NCBI GenBank assembly: GCA_963777185.1
Contig: CAVZPU010000003.1
Location: forward strand, 12,865 to 76,864
Length of the DNA: 64,000 bases
Origin: an uncultured Solirubrobacterales bacterium
Lineage (GTDB): Bacteria > Actinomycetota > Thermoleophilia > Solirubrobacterales > Solirubrobacteraceae
Direction of reading: 5' to 3'
The position numbers and the translations under genes are program-made. Below the pieces are notes generated by a model. It saw nothing but the letters and a program-made list of their open reading frames with translations, was not told where the DNA came from and did not search any database. The number at the start of each line of letters is the position of its first letter. Position 1 is the first letter of the stretch. Positions 41,420 through 51,374 of this stretch are shown one piece after another.

Positions 41420-43043
41420 ATGGCCGACCCGTGCCCACGCCCCGGAGCCTCGACCGCCGCCTCTGCCCTGCGCCCCTGGCAGCGCCAGGCGCTCGCGGAG
41501 ATGGCCAGCTGGAGCGGCGGCTCCTTTCTGATCTCGGCCGCCCCGGGCGCCGGCAAGACCCGGCCCGCGCTCGAGCTGACCCGCGCGAGAGCTCGAGGCG
41601 GGACGCCTCGTCGGTCGTGGTCGCCTGCCCGACCGCCCCGCTGACCCGCCAGTGGGCCCGGGCGGCGAGCGAGCTCGGGCTCGACCTGGCGCCCGACACC
41701 GACTCGCCGCGGCCTCCGCGCGGCTTTCACGGCGTCGCGGTGACCTACGCCCGCATCGCGCAGGCGCCGACGCGCTGGCGCCAGGCGGTCTCCCGCAGGC
41801 ACGCTGGTCATCGCCGACGAGGCCCACCACCTCGGGGAGGACCTCGCCTGGGGCGAGGGCTTCGCCACCGCCTTCGCTCCTGCCCGCGCTGGCTGCTGCT
41901 CTCCGGGCACGCCGTTTCGCTCCGACGCCACGCCGATCCCCGGCGTGCGCTACGACAACGACGGCCTGGCCGAACCCGACGTCTCCTACACCTACGCCGA
42001 CGCGGTGGCCGACGGCATCTGCCGCCCGGTCTGCTTCGTGGCCTACGACGGCACCCTGTCCTGGCAGAGCGGCGACGACGTCATCGAGTCGAGCTTTGAC
42101 ACCGTGCTCTCGAGCCGCGAGGCCAGCCGCCGCTACCGCACCGCCATCTCGACCGAGCTTCCGGACGGGCTGCCGCGCATCCTGCGCGAGGCCGATGCGC
42201 GGCTGCGGGAGCTGCGCCGCGGTCGCGCACCCCGACGCGGGCGGGCTGGTCATCGCCGCCGACTCGGACCACGCCCGGCGCATCGCCCGGCTCCTGCGGG
42301 AGGCCACCGGCCGCGCGCCGGTCGTCGTGCTGCACGCCGAGGCGGGGGCGGCCCGCAAGCTCGCCGCCTTCACCCACTCCCGCGACCCGTGGATCGTGGC
42401 CGTGAACATGGTCTCCGAGGGGGTCGACATCCCCCGCCTGCGCGTCGGCGTCTACGCGACTGCGGCCAAGACGCCGCTCGTGTTCCGCCAGATCGTCGGC
42501 CGCTTCGTGCGAACGCTGCCCGGCCAGGCGGTCGAGCCGAGCTGGCTCTACATCCCCGCCGACCCGGTGCTGCGCGACCACGCCGCCTCCGTCGAGGATG
42601 AGCTGCGCTGCGCGCTGCGCACGCCGGGCGAGGAGGGCACGGATGAGCGCGAAGACGTCGAGCGACGCGAGACCGAACGGTCCGAGGAGCTGGCCTTCGT
42701 GCCCCTCAGTGCCGACGTGGCGCCGCAGATGACCCTGTTCGGCCCCGCCCCGGCCCCCAGCCCAGCCGCGTGGCCGCCGCCGCCGGCCCCGGGCTCCCTG
42801 TCGCCCGCGCCGGCGGGCGCACCCGGCGCTTTTGAGCTGCCGGCCTTCGAGCGACGGGCCCTGCTTCGCAACGAGCGTCACCGCCTGGTCTCCGAGGTGC
42901 GGCGCCGCGACGGCATGAGCCATCGCGAGATCAACGCCTGGCTGAACCGCCGGCTGGGCATCACCAGCGTCGAGAAGGCGACGCTGGAGGAGCTCGAGCG
43001 CTCGGTCGAGCTGCTGGTGAGCCGGCTAACCACCAAGCGCTGA
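41420..43043 (+). CDS. SF2 DEAD/DEAH-like helicase (frameshifted)
   Basis: LRPWQ, APGAGKT, DEAHH, SGTPFRSD, VNMVSEGVDIPRL, QIVGRFVR. Confidence 0.88.
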
Positions 43044-43198
43044 GATTGCCGCCCGGTGCTCGGGGTGGAGCACCGAGAACCGCAAAGCGGAGCTCTCGCT
43101 CGGGTCGGCGATCGTCGCCGAGGAGTGGGTCGCCGCCCACGACCTCCTCGGCCGCAACCGGCCGCAAGCGTCGTAATGATGCTCGGCGCCCGCCGAGG

Positions 43199-43483
43199 TT
43201 AGAAGCGGCGCCTCGGCGCGCCGGGGTGGGTGAGGGTCCCGCCCCGCGAGCGCCGGATGAGGTAGACGATCAGCGTCGAGCAGGCCACGGAGATCACGAT
43301 CCCGGGGGCGGTGTGCCGCCAGACGAGCCAGACGATGATTCCGGCGATGAAGTTGCCGGCCAGGCCAACGAGCATGGTCTCGAAGAGAGACATGGGGTCG
43401 GGCCCGGGCAGGGCGAGCCGGGCGAGGGCGCCGACGATCAGCCCGGAGACGGCGAGGATGATCAGGTAGAGGATGAGGCTCAT
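43199..43483 (-). CDS. GlsB/YeaQ/YmgE transglycosylase-associated membrane protein
   Basis: GLIVGALARLALPG...TMLVGLAG. Confidence 0.88.
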   Translation of the reverse strand: MSLILYLIILAVSGLIVGALARLALPGPDPMSLFETMLVGLAGNFIAGIIVWLVWRHTAPGIVISVACSTLIVYLIRRSRGGTLTHPGAPRRRF

Positions 43484-43521
43484 GGCACGTCAAGGAGGTT
43501 GTACAGGGAGCACCGCGAACG

Positions 43522-43548
43522 TTACCCCACCGGTCTTGGCAAGAAAAC
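43522..43548 (-). promoter_or_regulatory. SigB/SigF-type promoter
   Basis: GTTT-N17-GGGTAA upstream of the GlsB-like gene. Confidence 0.6.
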
Positions 43549-43584
43549 GAGGACGTCACAACCCATAGGTACCGGAGGGCGCAG

Positions 43585-43992
43585 ATGCTGAAGGACTTCA
43601 AGGAGTTCCTGCTGCGGGGCAACGTCGTCGACCTGGCCGTCGCCGTGGTCGTCGGAGCGGCCTTCGGCGCGGTGGTCACCGCGCTCGTGCGCGACCTCAT
43701 CACGCCGATCATCGCCCTCATCATCGGCAAGCCGAATTTCGCCAACCTGTCCTTCACGATTCACCACAGCCGGTTCCTCTACGGCGACTTCATCAACTTC
43801 CTCATCTCCTTCCTCTCCATCGCCGCGGCCGTCTTCTTCTTCGTCGTCCAGCCGGTCAACGCGCTCATGCGCCACCGCAAGACGCAGCCCGACGTCGAGT
43901 CCGAGACGCGCAAGTGCACCGAGTGCCTGAGCGAAATCCCGCGCGAGGCCCGGCGATGCGCCTTCTGCGGCTCCGCGCAGCAGCCAGTGTGA
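43585..43992 (+). CDS. mscL: Large-conductance mechanosensitive channel with C-terminal Zn-ribbon
   Basis: FKEFLLRGNVVDLAVAVV, YGDFIN; CTEC...CAFC. Confidence 0.95.
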   Translation: MLKDFKEFLLRGNVVDLAVAVVVGAAFGAVVTALVRDLITPIIALIIGKPNFANLSFTIHHSRFLYGDFINFLISFLSIAAAVFFFVVQPVNALMRHRKTQPDVESETRKCTECLSEIPREARRCAFCGSAQQPV

Positions 43993-44041
43993 AAATGACC
44001 TAACCGATTGTCGACCGCGTCCGCACGGGTACGTGGCAGGT

Positions 44042-44842
44042 ATGGCCCAGATCGAGAGCCCGCCCCGCACCGCCGCCCTCCTTGACCTCGACCCGGACCT
44101 GGGCTCGTTCATCGTCCCCGAGGACCACGAGGAGGCGCGCAAGCGGTCGGTCGTGCGCGTGGCCGAGATCGAGGGACCGAAATGGGATCCGGCTGCCATC
44201 GTGCGCGCGGCCGAGCCGGGCTGGCTCGGACTGTTCGTCGTCGAGGGACTCCTGGTCCGCCGGGTGAGCGTCGCCGGCAGGATGGCCTGCGAGATGTTCG
44301 GCGTGGGCGACATCGTGCGCCCGTGGGATGAGGACGGCGAATATGAGCCTCTCTCGATCACCGTCGACTGGCTGGTGCTCAAGCCCACGCGCCTGGCGCT
44401 CCTGGATCGCAACTTCGCCCTGCGCATGGCCCGCTGGCCGAGCCTCACGGCCCGGCTCCTGCAGCGCGTCGCCAGCCGGGCGCGGTACCTCGCCCTCACC
44501 CAGGCCGTGACCCATCTTCCCCGCACCCATTCGCGGCTGCTGCTGCTCTTCTGGCTTTTGGCCGAGCGCTGGGGCAAGGTCAACCCTGATGGTGTCGTGG
44601 TCAAGCTTCCGCTCACGCACCAAGTCCTGGCCATGCTCGTGGGAAGCCACCGCCCGACGGTGACCATCGCGCTTCAGAAGCTCGCCCGCCGCGAGCTCCT
44701 CGTCCGCCAGTCGACCAACCGGTGGCTGCTCACCAATCGCGCCATCGAGTGCCTGCACGAGCCCTCGAGCCTCTCCCTGCTGGGCAGCGACGACGATCTG
44801 GACGCCTTCGGCGAGGATCAGCTGCCCGCCCTGACCCGCTAG
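44042..44842 (+). CDS. Crp/Fnr family regulator
   Basis: cNMP-like domain; LPLTHQVLAMLVGSHRPTVT HTH; GATT-N17-GGGTAC upstream. Confidence 0.85.
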   Translation: MAQIESPPRTAALLDLDPDLGSFIVPEDHEEARKRSVVRVAEIEGPKWDPAAIVRAAEPGWLGLFVVEGLLVRRVSVAGRMACEMFGVGDIVRPWDEDGEYEPLSITVDWLVLKPTRLALLDRNFALRMARWPSLTARLLQRVASRARYLALTQAVTHLPRTHSRLLLLFWLLAERWGKVNPDGVVVKLPLTHQVLAMLVGSHRPTVTIALQKLARRELLVRQSTNRWLLTNRAIECLHEPSSLSLLGSDDDLDAFGEDQLPALTR

Positions 44843-44887
44843 ACGCGCCGCAACGGCCAGCCCGTCTAGAAGGGGCCCGGGCCCCGC

Positions 44888-46195
44888 TCAGGCGCGCGCG
44901 AGCTCCTCGCGGTCCTGGCTGAGGCGCCGCAGCCAGGCCAGGAAGGGCAGGCTGCCAAAGGCCGCCGCCGCGCACACGATCCACATGGCCTGAAAACCCT
45001 GGGTGCTCGAGAAGACGCTTCCCTTGGTGAGCTCGACGGCCACCCCGGCGAGAACCGGCCCGAGGACGATCCCGACCCCGCGTGACGTGCTGTAGTAACC
45101 GGTGAGCGCGCCGTGCTCGTCCTCGGGCATCAGCGGCATCAGGACCGCATAGGCCAGGGTCATGAGCGTGCCGCCGCCGATGGCCACGAACGGGATGGCC
45201 GCCGCCAGCACGGGCCGGCTGGTGGTGAACACGAGGGCGAGGTAGCCGAGGCCATAGAGCCACACCGCCACCCACACCACACGTAGATGCCCGAAGCGGT
45301 CGCCCAGCTTTCCGGCCGCCGCCGCGCCGACCAAGATGACGGCGGCCACACCGCCGATGAACAGGGAGGCCGTGGTTAGCTTGTAGTGCAGACCGATGGT
45401 GAGGTAGAGGACGATGAAGGCCTTCAGCGCCGCCAGCGCCATCTCCCACAAGGCGTTGGCCACGAAGTAGGCGCGCAGGGCCGCATGGCAGCGCACAAAC
45501 GCCCACATGTGCGCGGCCACCGTGCCGATCCCGTTTGCCACCTCGCGCAGGTGCGGGCGACCGTGCCGGTCCTGCTGGCCGCCGAGGACCCGGCGCACGA
45601 TCAACAGCACAAAGGCCAGCACGGCGCCCACGAGCACCACGCCGGCCACGAAGAAGGGCAGCGGCCGGGCCACGCTCAGCAGCAAGCCGCCGCCGAGCAG
45701 AGCCGACCCGGTGCCCAGGCCCCGCGCGATGGCCTGGGTGCTCTGCGCGCGCCCGCCCACCTCCTCGGCGTCGACGAGGTCGGGATACATGGCCCGGTAC
45801 GGCTCGTAGGCCACGAAGTAGAAGGCGAAGAACACCGCCGTGACGAGGGCGACGAGCCCGAGGGAGTGCAGAAAGCCGATGAGGGCCATGGCCACCGCGG
45901 CCGGGATGGCGCCGGCGATGACGAAGGGCAACCGGCCGCCGAGCCGCGACTGCGCCCGGTCTGACCAGCTGCCGGCGATCATCGGAACCCACAGGGCCAT
46001 GACGCCCTCGCCGCCGATGATGGCGCCGATCACCGCCGTGTCCTGGGTGTAGCGGCGCGTGACCTCGCCGAGATAGGTCGAGACGATCGTGATCGAGAAG
46101 GCGAGCGCGTACGTGGGCAGCGCGAGGATGCCCAAGCGGGCCTTCTCGTCAGAGCGAAGCGAGCGCTCCTCGTGATGCGTGCTGGTGACCGCCAC
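44888..46195 (-). CDS. MFS transporter (glycoside/sugar type)
   Basis: GSWSDR, GGRLPF, PYRAMYPD, GKLGDRFG; ~12 TM. Confidence 0.9.
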   Translation of the reverse strand: MAVTSTHHEERSLRSDEKARLGILALPTYALAFSITIVSTYLGEVTRRYTQDTAVIGAIIGGEGVMALWVPMIAGSWSDRAQSRLGGRLPFVIAGAIPAAVAMALIGFLHSLGLVALVTAVFFAFYFVAYEPYRAMYPDLVDAEEVGGRAQSTQAIARGLGTGSALLGGGLLLSVARPLPFFVAGVVLVGAVLAFVLLIVRRVLGGQQDRHGRPHLREVANGIGTVAAHMWAFVRCHAALRAYFVANALWEMALAALKAFIVLYLTIGLHYKLTTASLFIGGVAAVILVGAAAAGKLGDRFGHLRVVWVAVWLYGLGYLALVFTTSRPVLAAAIPFVAIGGGTLMTLAYAVLMPLMPEDEHGALTGYYSTSRGVGIVLGPVLAGVAVELTKGSVFSSTQGFQAMWIVCAAAAFGSLPFLAWLRRLSQDREELARA

Positions 46196-46293
46196 GCCGG
46201 TCAGCTACCCGAGGTCCCCGCGCCGGCGGCCGGGCCTGTCCGTGCTCGGACCGGCCCGAGGACGACAGGTTTGCAAGCCGGGTACGCCGGTGG

Positions 46294-48132
46294 GTGATGC
46301 TGCAGGACACCGATTTCCCGAGCCCGGGCACCGAGGGCAAGAGGGTCGCGCCGGCGCGGCCGAGCGGTTACCTCCCGATCGGCGCCTACGCGGCCATCGG
46401 CGACGGCCACACCGTGGCCCTGGTGGGCACGGACGGCTCGATCGACTGGATGTGCCTGCCCGAGCTCGACGCCCCGAGCGTCTTCGGCCGCCTACTCGAC
46501 CCCGGCCAAGGAGGCAGCTTCGTCCTGCAGCCCGCCGCCCCATTCACCTCCACCCGTCGCTATCTCGAGCGGACCAACGTGCTCGAGACCACGTTCGAAA
46601 CGCAGGACGGCGCGGTGCGGGTCACCGAGGCCATCAGCCTCGACGACGGGCTGGCCGCCCCGTGGCGCGAGCTCATACGGCTCATCGAGGGCCTCTCCGG
46701 CGCCGTGCCCATGCGCTGGCGGTTCGAGCCTCGTTACGAGTACGGCCAGCACGCGGCCCAGTTCGAGTCTCGCTCCGGGTTCTACGTCAGCCGACACGGC
46801 CCGCTCCAAATCGCCTTGCAGTGCTGGGACGCCGGCGCGCCGTCGGTGAGCGCCGGGGCCGTGGCCGGCGAGTTCACGGCCCGGGCGGGCGAGCAGGCAA
46901 CGCTCGCGCTCCAGGCCACAGCCGGCTCGCCGCTGCCCTTGCCGGGGCGCCCGAGCGTGCACCGCCGCCTCGAGGCCACTGAGCGGGTGTGGCGATCGTG
47001 GGTCTCTCGCCACACCTACCAAGGGCCGTGGACGCAAGCCGTCGAGCGCAGCTTGCTCGCCATCCGTCTGCTCTGCGACGCGCGCCAGGGCGCCATCACC
47101 GCCGCCGCCACGACCTCCCTGCCCGAGACCCTGCACGGCGAGCGCAACTATGACTATCGCTTCGCCTGGATCCGCGACCTCTCCTTCACGCTCGACGCGC
47201 TGATGGCCGTCGGCATGGACGAACTCGCGCATCTCTCGATCGACTGGCTGCTCGGTGCCACGACGCATACCCACCCGCGTGTCGACCCCGTCTACACGCT
47301 GGACGGAGGCGTTCTGCGCTCGCAGCGCGTGCTGGCGCTGGCCGGCTACCGCGCCACCCAGCCCGTCCACGAGGGCAACAAAGCCGGGGCCCAGCTGCAA
47401 CTCGGCGGCTGGGGGGACCTCATGGAGACCATGTGGATCTATGTCCGTGAGGGCCACCTGCTCAACCTCCAGACCGGCGAGCGGCTGGCTGATATGGCCG
47501 ACCACTTGGGCGCGCTGTGGGGCAGCGAGGACGCCGGATTGTGGGAGCTCGGCCAGTACGCCCACTACACCACCTCCAAGCTCAGCTGCTGGACGGCCTT
47601 TTGCCGGGTGCTCGAGCTCGTCGAGTGCGGCGCCGTACCCGCCCGTCACGTGGGGCGCTGGACGCGCCACCGCGACGAGGTGGCCGACTTCATCGAGACC
47701 CGCCTGTACTCCGAGCAGCGGCGCAGCTACGTCATGGCGGCGGGCAGCGAGGCCCTCGACTGTGGCGTGTTGCTGGCCGCCCGGCGGGGCTACGGCGATC
47801 CGCGTGGAGCGCGTATGCAATCCACGATCGACGCCATACAGGCCGAGTTGCACGCCGGAGGACCGCTGTACTACCGCTACACCGGCATGCGCGAGCAGGA
47901 GAACGCCTTCGTGGCCTGTTCGTTCTGGATGGTCGAGGCCCTCGCCCTGGCCGGTCGCGTCGAGGAGGCGGCCGAGCTCATGGACGGAGCGGTCGGGCTC
48001 ACCGGCGAGATCGGCCTGCTCTCTGAGGAGATCGAGCCCGGCACTGGCGAGCTGCGCGGAAACCTGCCCCAGGCGCTCTCGCACCTGGCCCTGATCAACG
48101 CCGCGGCCACGCTCGCCCGCGTGGCGCGCTGA
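46294..48132 (+). CDS. Glycoside hydrolase family 15 (trehalase/glucoamylase-like)
   Basis: IGDGHT, GSIDWMC, TTSLPE, NYDYRFAWIRD, GLWE, EE...GNLPQALSH. Confidence 0.93.
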   Translation: MMLQDTDFPSPGTEGKRVAPARPSGYLPIGAYAAIGDGHTVALVGTDGSIDWMCLPELDAPSVFGRLLDPGQGGSFVLQPAAPFTSTRRYLERTNVLETTFETQDGAVRVTEAISLDDGLAAPWRELIRLIEGLSGAVPMRWRFEPRYEYGQHAAQFESRSGFYVSRHGPLQIALQCWDAGAPSVSAGAVAGEFTARAGEQATLALQATAGSPLPLPGRPSVHRRLEATERVWRSWVSRHTYQGPWTQAVERSLLAIRLLCDARQGAITAAATTSLPETLHGERNYDYRFAWIRDLSFTLDALMAVGMDELAHLSIDWLLGATTHTHPRVDPVYTLDGGVLRSQRVLALAGYRATQPVHEGNKAGAQLQLGGWGDLMETMWIYVREGHLLNLQTGERLADMADHLGALWGSEDAGLWELGQYAHYTTSKLSCWTAFCRVLELVECGAVPARHVGRWTRHRDEVADFIETRLYSEQRRSYVMAAGSEALDCGVLLAARRGYGDPRGARMQSTIDAIQAELHAGGPLYYRYTGMREQENAFVACSFWMVEALALAGRVEEAAELMDGAVGLTGEIGLLSEEIEPGTGELRGNLPQALSHLALINAAATLARVAR

Positions 48133-48156
48133 CTGCGGCTCCTACACTCGACGACG

Positions 48157-48495
48157 ATGGCCGGCCCGCTCACTCGTTCTGTCGCGCATGTACTCGGCCA
48201 CACCGGGGCTCTCAAGAAGGTGCCGGTGGCCCGGCTGCTGGTCGCGGCGGAGGTGGCCGTGCTCGCCCGCGACCACCTGCGCGAGCGGCTCACCCCCGAC
48301 GAGCGCCATCGAATCATCGAGCTCGTTCGGATTGCCCACGGACGCCCCCGCAACCTGCGCCCGGCCGAACGCGACGAGCTCGCGGCTCTCGTGGCCAAGG
48401 CGCAGCCCCGGCGGCTCGCCGGCGAGGCGGTCGAGACCCTCTCGCCGTTCCCCCTGCCGCACCGGCTCATTTACGGCCGGCGCCGCACACGCTGA
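48157..48495 (+). CDS. Hypothetical protein
   Basis: Compact ORF in an operon-like position after GH15. Confidence 0.65.
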   Translation: MAGPLTRSVAHVLGHTGALKKVPVARLLVAAEVAVLARDHLRERLTPDERHRIIELVRIAHGRPRNLRPAERDELAALVAKAQPRRLAGEAVETLSPFPLPHRLIYGRRRTR

Positions 48496-48497
48496 GC

Positions 48498-48806
48498 TTG
48501 CTCGTCGCCGTGACCGATCACGCCGCCGAGCGGTTTCGCCAGCGCGTACGCGGGACGCTCGAGGCTAAGCAGGAGGTGGCCCGACGGGTGGCCCGGGCCT
48601 ACGCCGGCGGCCGCTTCCAGGACGGCGAGCGCGGTGCGATCCTGGTCCGAGACGTGGACCGCCGCGATCTCGTCTATGTCTGCCGCCGCGAGGCCGACGA
48701 ATTGGTGGTTATCACCCTGTGGGAGGAAGGCGAGGGCGCCGCCGTGCCCCGCCGCTTCACCGACGCCCTCCGGCCCGATGAGCCTAGGCCCCGCTCTCCT
48801 CGATGA
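48498..48806 (+). CDS. Hypothetical protein, possible DUF4258/RelE-like fold
   Basis: VTDHAAERFRQR...LVYV...LVVITLW. Confidence 0.6.
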   Translation: MLVAVTDHAAERFRQRVRGTLEAKQEVARRVARAYAGGRFQDGERGAILVRDVDRRDLVYVCRREADELVVITLWEEGEGAAVPRRFTDALRPDEPRPRSPR

Positions 48807-49732
48807 GCCCACGCAGCTCGGTCATGTCCCCTGCGCTTGGACGCCAGCGCGCGGCGGCCACGTTGGAGCGAATCTGATCGGGCTTGGTCGCCCCGGCGAT
48901 CACGGAGGCCACCGCCGGCTGGTCGAGAAGTGACCCGATGGCCACGTCGGTGAGCGTGAGCTCACGCGCCTCGCGCGTAGTCGATCAACGACTCGATGAG
49001 CTCGAACTGGTCATCGCTGGCGATCTGCTCACGCTCGCTCAGCCGGGCGCCGGCCGGAGCCTGGGCCCCGCGCCGGTACTTGCCGGTGAGAAGACCTGAG
49101 GCGAGCGGGAAGTAGGGCACGAAGGCGATGCCAAGCCGCTCGCAGGCGGGCAGCACGTCGGCCTCGGCGTCGCGCACGAGCAGGCTGTACTCGTTCTGCA
49201 CCGCGGTGAACCGCGTGAAGTTGTGCTCGCGGGCGACCTGGTCGGCCTCCTGCAGCTGCTCGGCCGAGAAGTTCGAGGCGCCGATGGCCCGCACCGTGCC
49301 GGCCTCGACGAGACCGTGCAGCGCCTCGAGCGTCTCGGAAAAGGGGGTGACGCCGTCGGGGCGGTGATACCAGTAAAGGTCGATGACGTCGGTGCCCAGC
49401 CGCTTCAAGGACGCCTCGACGGCCTTGGCGATGTAGGCGGCCGAGCCGCGCGCGGTCTCGCCGTCGCCCATGTCCATGCCGAACTTGGTCGCCAACGTGA
49501 CCTGATCCCAACGTCCTTTCAGCACCTGGCCAAGGAGCTCCTCGCTCTGGCCCCGCCCGTAGATGTCGGCGGTATCCAAGAAGGTGATGCCGTGGTCGAG
49601 GGCTGCCTCGACGACCTCGCGGGTCCCCTCGAGGTCGAGGCGGCGACCGAAGTTGTTGCAGCCGAGACCGATCTCTGAGACCTCGAGGCCGCTGTGGCCG
49701 AGCGCACGGGTGGCGACGGTGGTGCTGGACAT
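48784..49732 (-). CDS. Aldo/keto reductase (frameshift near 48960)
   Basis: IGLGCNNFG, DTADIYG, ATKFG, QNEYSLL, PYFPLASGLLTGKY. Confidence 0.9.
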
Positions 49733-49733
49733 G

Positions 49734-50162
49734 TCAGACGAGGGTGGCGTCGAGGGTCATTTCCTTGACGCCGGCGAGCGCGCGAGAGATCGGGCAGTCT
49801 TCCTTGGCCTGGTTGGCGTAACCGTCGAACTCGCTCTGATCGATGCCGGGGACGTCCCCCTGAGTGACCAGGGTGATCTTGTTGAGGGTGGGCTTGCCAT
49901 CGACGTTGCCCAGCTCGACGTTCGCCGTGGTCTTGACCGACCTGGGTTTGTGACCGGCCTCGGCGAGGATGTTGCTCAGCGCCATCGAGAAGCAGGCCGC
50001 GTGGGCGGCGGCGACGAGCTCCTCGGGGTTGGTCCCGGGCTCGTTCTCGAAGCGGGTGCGAAACGAGTAGTTGCCGTCGAACAGGCCGCTGGCCACTTTC
50101 ACGGCGCCCATGCCGCCCTTGAGATCGCCTTTCCACTCAGCCGTTCCGCTGCGCGTCGCCAT
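49734..50162 (-). CDS. osmC: OsmC family peroxiredoxin
   Basis: GTNPEELVAAAHAACFSM, CPISRAL. Confidence 0.93.
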   Translation of the reverse strand: MATRSGTAEWKGDLKGGMGAVKVASGLFDGNYSFRTRFENEPGTNPEELVAAAHAACFSMALSNILAEAGHKPRSVKTTANVELGNVDGKPTLNKITLVTQGDVPGIDQSEFDGYANQAKEDCPISRALAGVKEMTLDATLV

Positions 50163-50281
50163 GCTGCCTCCGGGTTTGAGGTTGGTCGCGGTTCGCGCTG
50201 ACCATACCCGGCGGGCCTGGCCTTGAAGAGCCCGTCATAGTTCGGGTGTCCGCTCAGCGACTCGCCTCGAGGGAGGAACCC

Positions 50282-50707
50282 ATGCCATCGTCTCGCCTGC
50301 TGGTTGCGCTCACCAGCATCACGCTCGCCGTCTCCGCGCCCGTCGCGGCCGCCGCGGTCTCCCACGCCAAGCTCTGGCAGAACAAGAAGCAGACCGTTGA
50401 CTGCGGGATCAAGATCCACCCGGCCACCAAGCCGGCCAGTCAGCTGCTCTGCAGCGCCGTCGGGCTCCCGCACCCCACGAAGGGCTTCATCGGCGATCCG
50501 TTCGTTCAAATCAGCGCGCACGGCAAGCCGCACATCGTGCCCATCAGCCAGAACTCCTTTGTCAGCGACAAGCTGGTGACCCTGAAGAACGGGCAGAAGT
50601 GGCAAGGCGTCGGCGTGTCCTGCGTCGCCCAGGCCAAGACGGTCAAGTGCACGAACCAGTCCGGTCACGGCTTCAAGATCGGGCACGACCTCTACAAGAA
50701 GTTCTGA
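50282..50707 (+). CDS. Secreted Cys-containing hypothetical protein
   Basis: Signal peptide; 4 Cys; VKCTNQSGHGF. Confidence 0.75.
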   Translation: MPSSRLLVALTSITLAVSAPVAAAAVSHAKLWQNKKQTVDCGIKIHPATKPASQLLCSAVGLPHPTKGFIGDPFVQISAHGKPHIVPISQNSFVSDKLVTLKNGQKWQGVGVSCVAQAKTVKCTNQSGHGFKIGHDLYKKF

Positions 50708-50708
50708 G

Positions 50709-51146
50709 ATGGAGCAAGGGGTCTCGGTTTCACGGCTCGACCCGGAGTGCGGAGAGCGATTCCTGCCCCTGCGCCGGCAGCTCGGGGTGTCCTCATTCGG
50801 CATGAACCAGATCGTGCTGGCGCCCGGGCAGCGGGGGCGGGTCCATCGCCACCGCCGTCAGGAGGAGGTCTATCTCGTCTGGGAGGGATGGCTGACCCTG
50901 TTCGTCGAGGGCGAGGAGCACGGCTCGCTCGGTCCGGGCGAGGTCGCCCGCGTGGGCCCCGAGGTGCGCCGCCAGCTCGTCAACTTCGGGCCGGATCGGG
51001 TGGTCCTGGTGGCCCTCGGCGGGGCGGGCGAGCACGAGGGCCGCGACGGGGAGGCGTTTGCCTCCTGGGAGGAGACCGAGCCGGCGCCGCCCCAGGAGGT
51101 GCCCAATCCAGACGACCTGGACCCGTCCGAGCTGCGGTCGGGGTAG
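50709..51146 (+). CDS. Cupin domain protein
   Basis: LGVSSFGMN, HRHRRQEEVY. Confidence 0.85.
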   Translation: MEQGVSVSRLDPECGERFLPLRRQLGVSSFGMNQIVLAPGQRGRVHRHRRQEEVYLVWEGWLTLFVEGEEHGSLGPGEVARVGPEVRRQLVNFGPDRVVLVALGGAGEHEGRDGEAFASWEETEPAPPQEVPNPDDLDPSELRSG

Positions 51147-51164
51147 GCCCTCCCTCGGTCGCCG

Positions 51165-51245
51165 GGGGCGGCCGGGGGGCGGCCCGGGGCGGCCAGGGGG
51201 GCGGCCCGTGTGGGGCGGCCCGGACGCTGCCCCGCGGGCGGCCCG
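51165..51245. repeat. GGGGCGGCC tandem-like GC tract
   Basis: About 5 imperfect ggggcggcc units downstream of the cupin gene. Confidence 0.6.
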
Positions 51246-51256
51246 GGCGTTCGTAG

Positions 51257-51355
51257 CGTGTCACTCGACCCCGCTCAGGCGCCGAGTGTCACCAGGTGCT
51301 CGCTATAGGGGGTGGTTTGTCCATCTCGGCCTCTCGGGGGGCGCCGAGTGACACG
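51257..51355. repeat. ~100-bp REP/MITE-like element with 11-bp terminal inverted repeats
   Basis: cgtgtcactcg ... cgagtgacacg; internal direct repeat ggcgccgagtg. Confidence 0.55.
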
Positions 51356-51374
51356 GTACGGACCTCCAGACGGG

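Noticed and set aside
41420-43043. Helicase as part of a restriction or defence system
   Set aside because: No methylase or nuclease neighbours; it resembles the common stand-alone actinobacterial SF2 helicase.
43585-43992. MscL with Zn-ribbon as a novelty
   Set aside because: This C-terminal extension is common in many bacterial MscL proteins.
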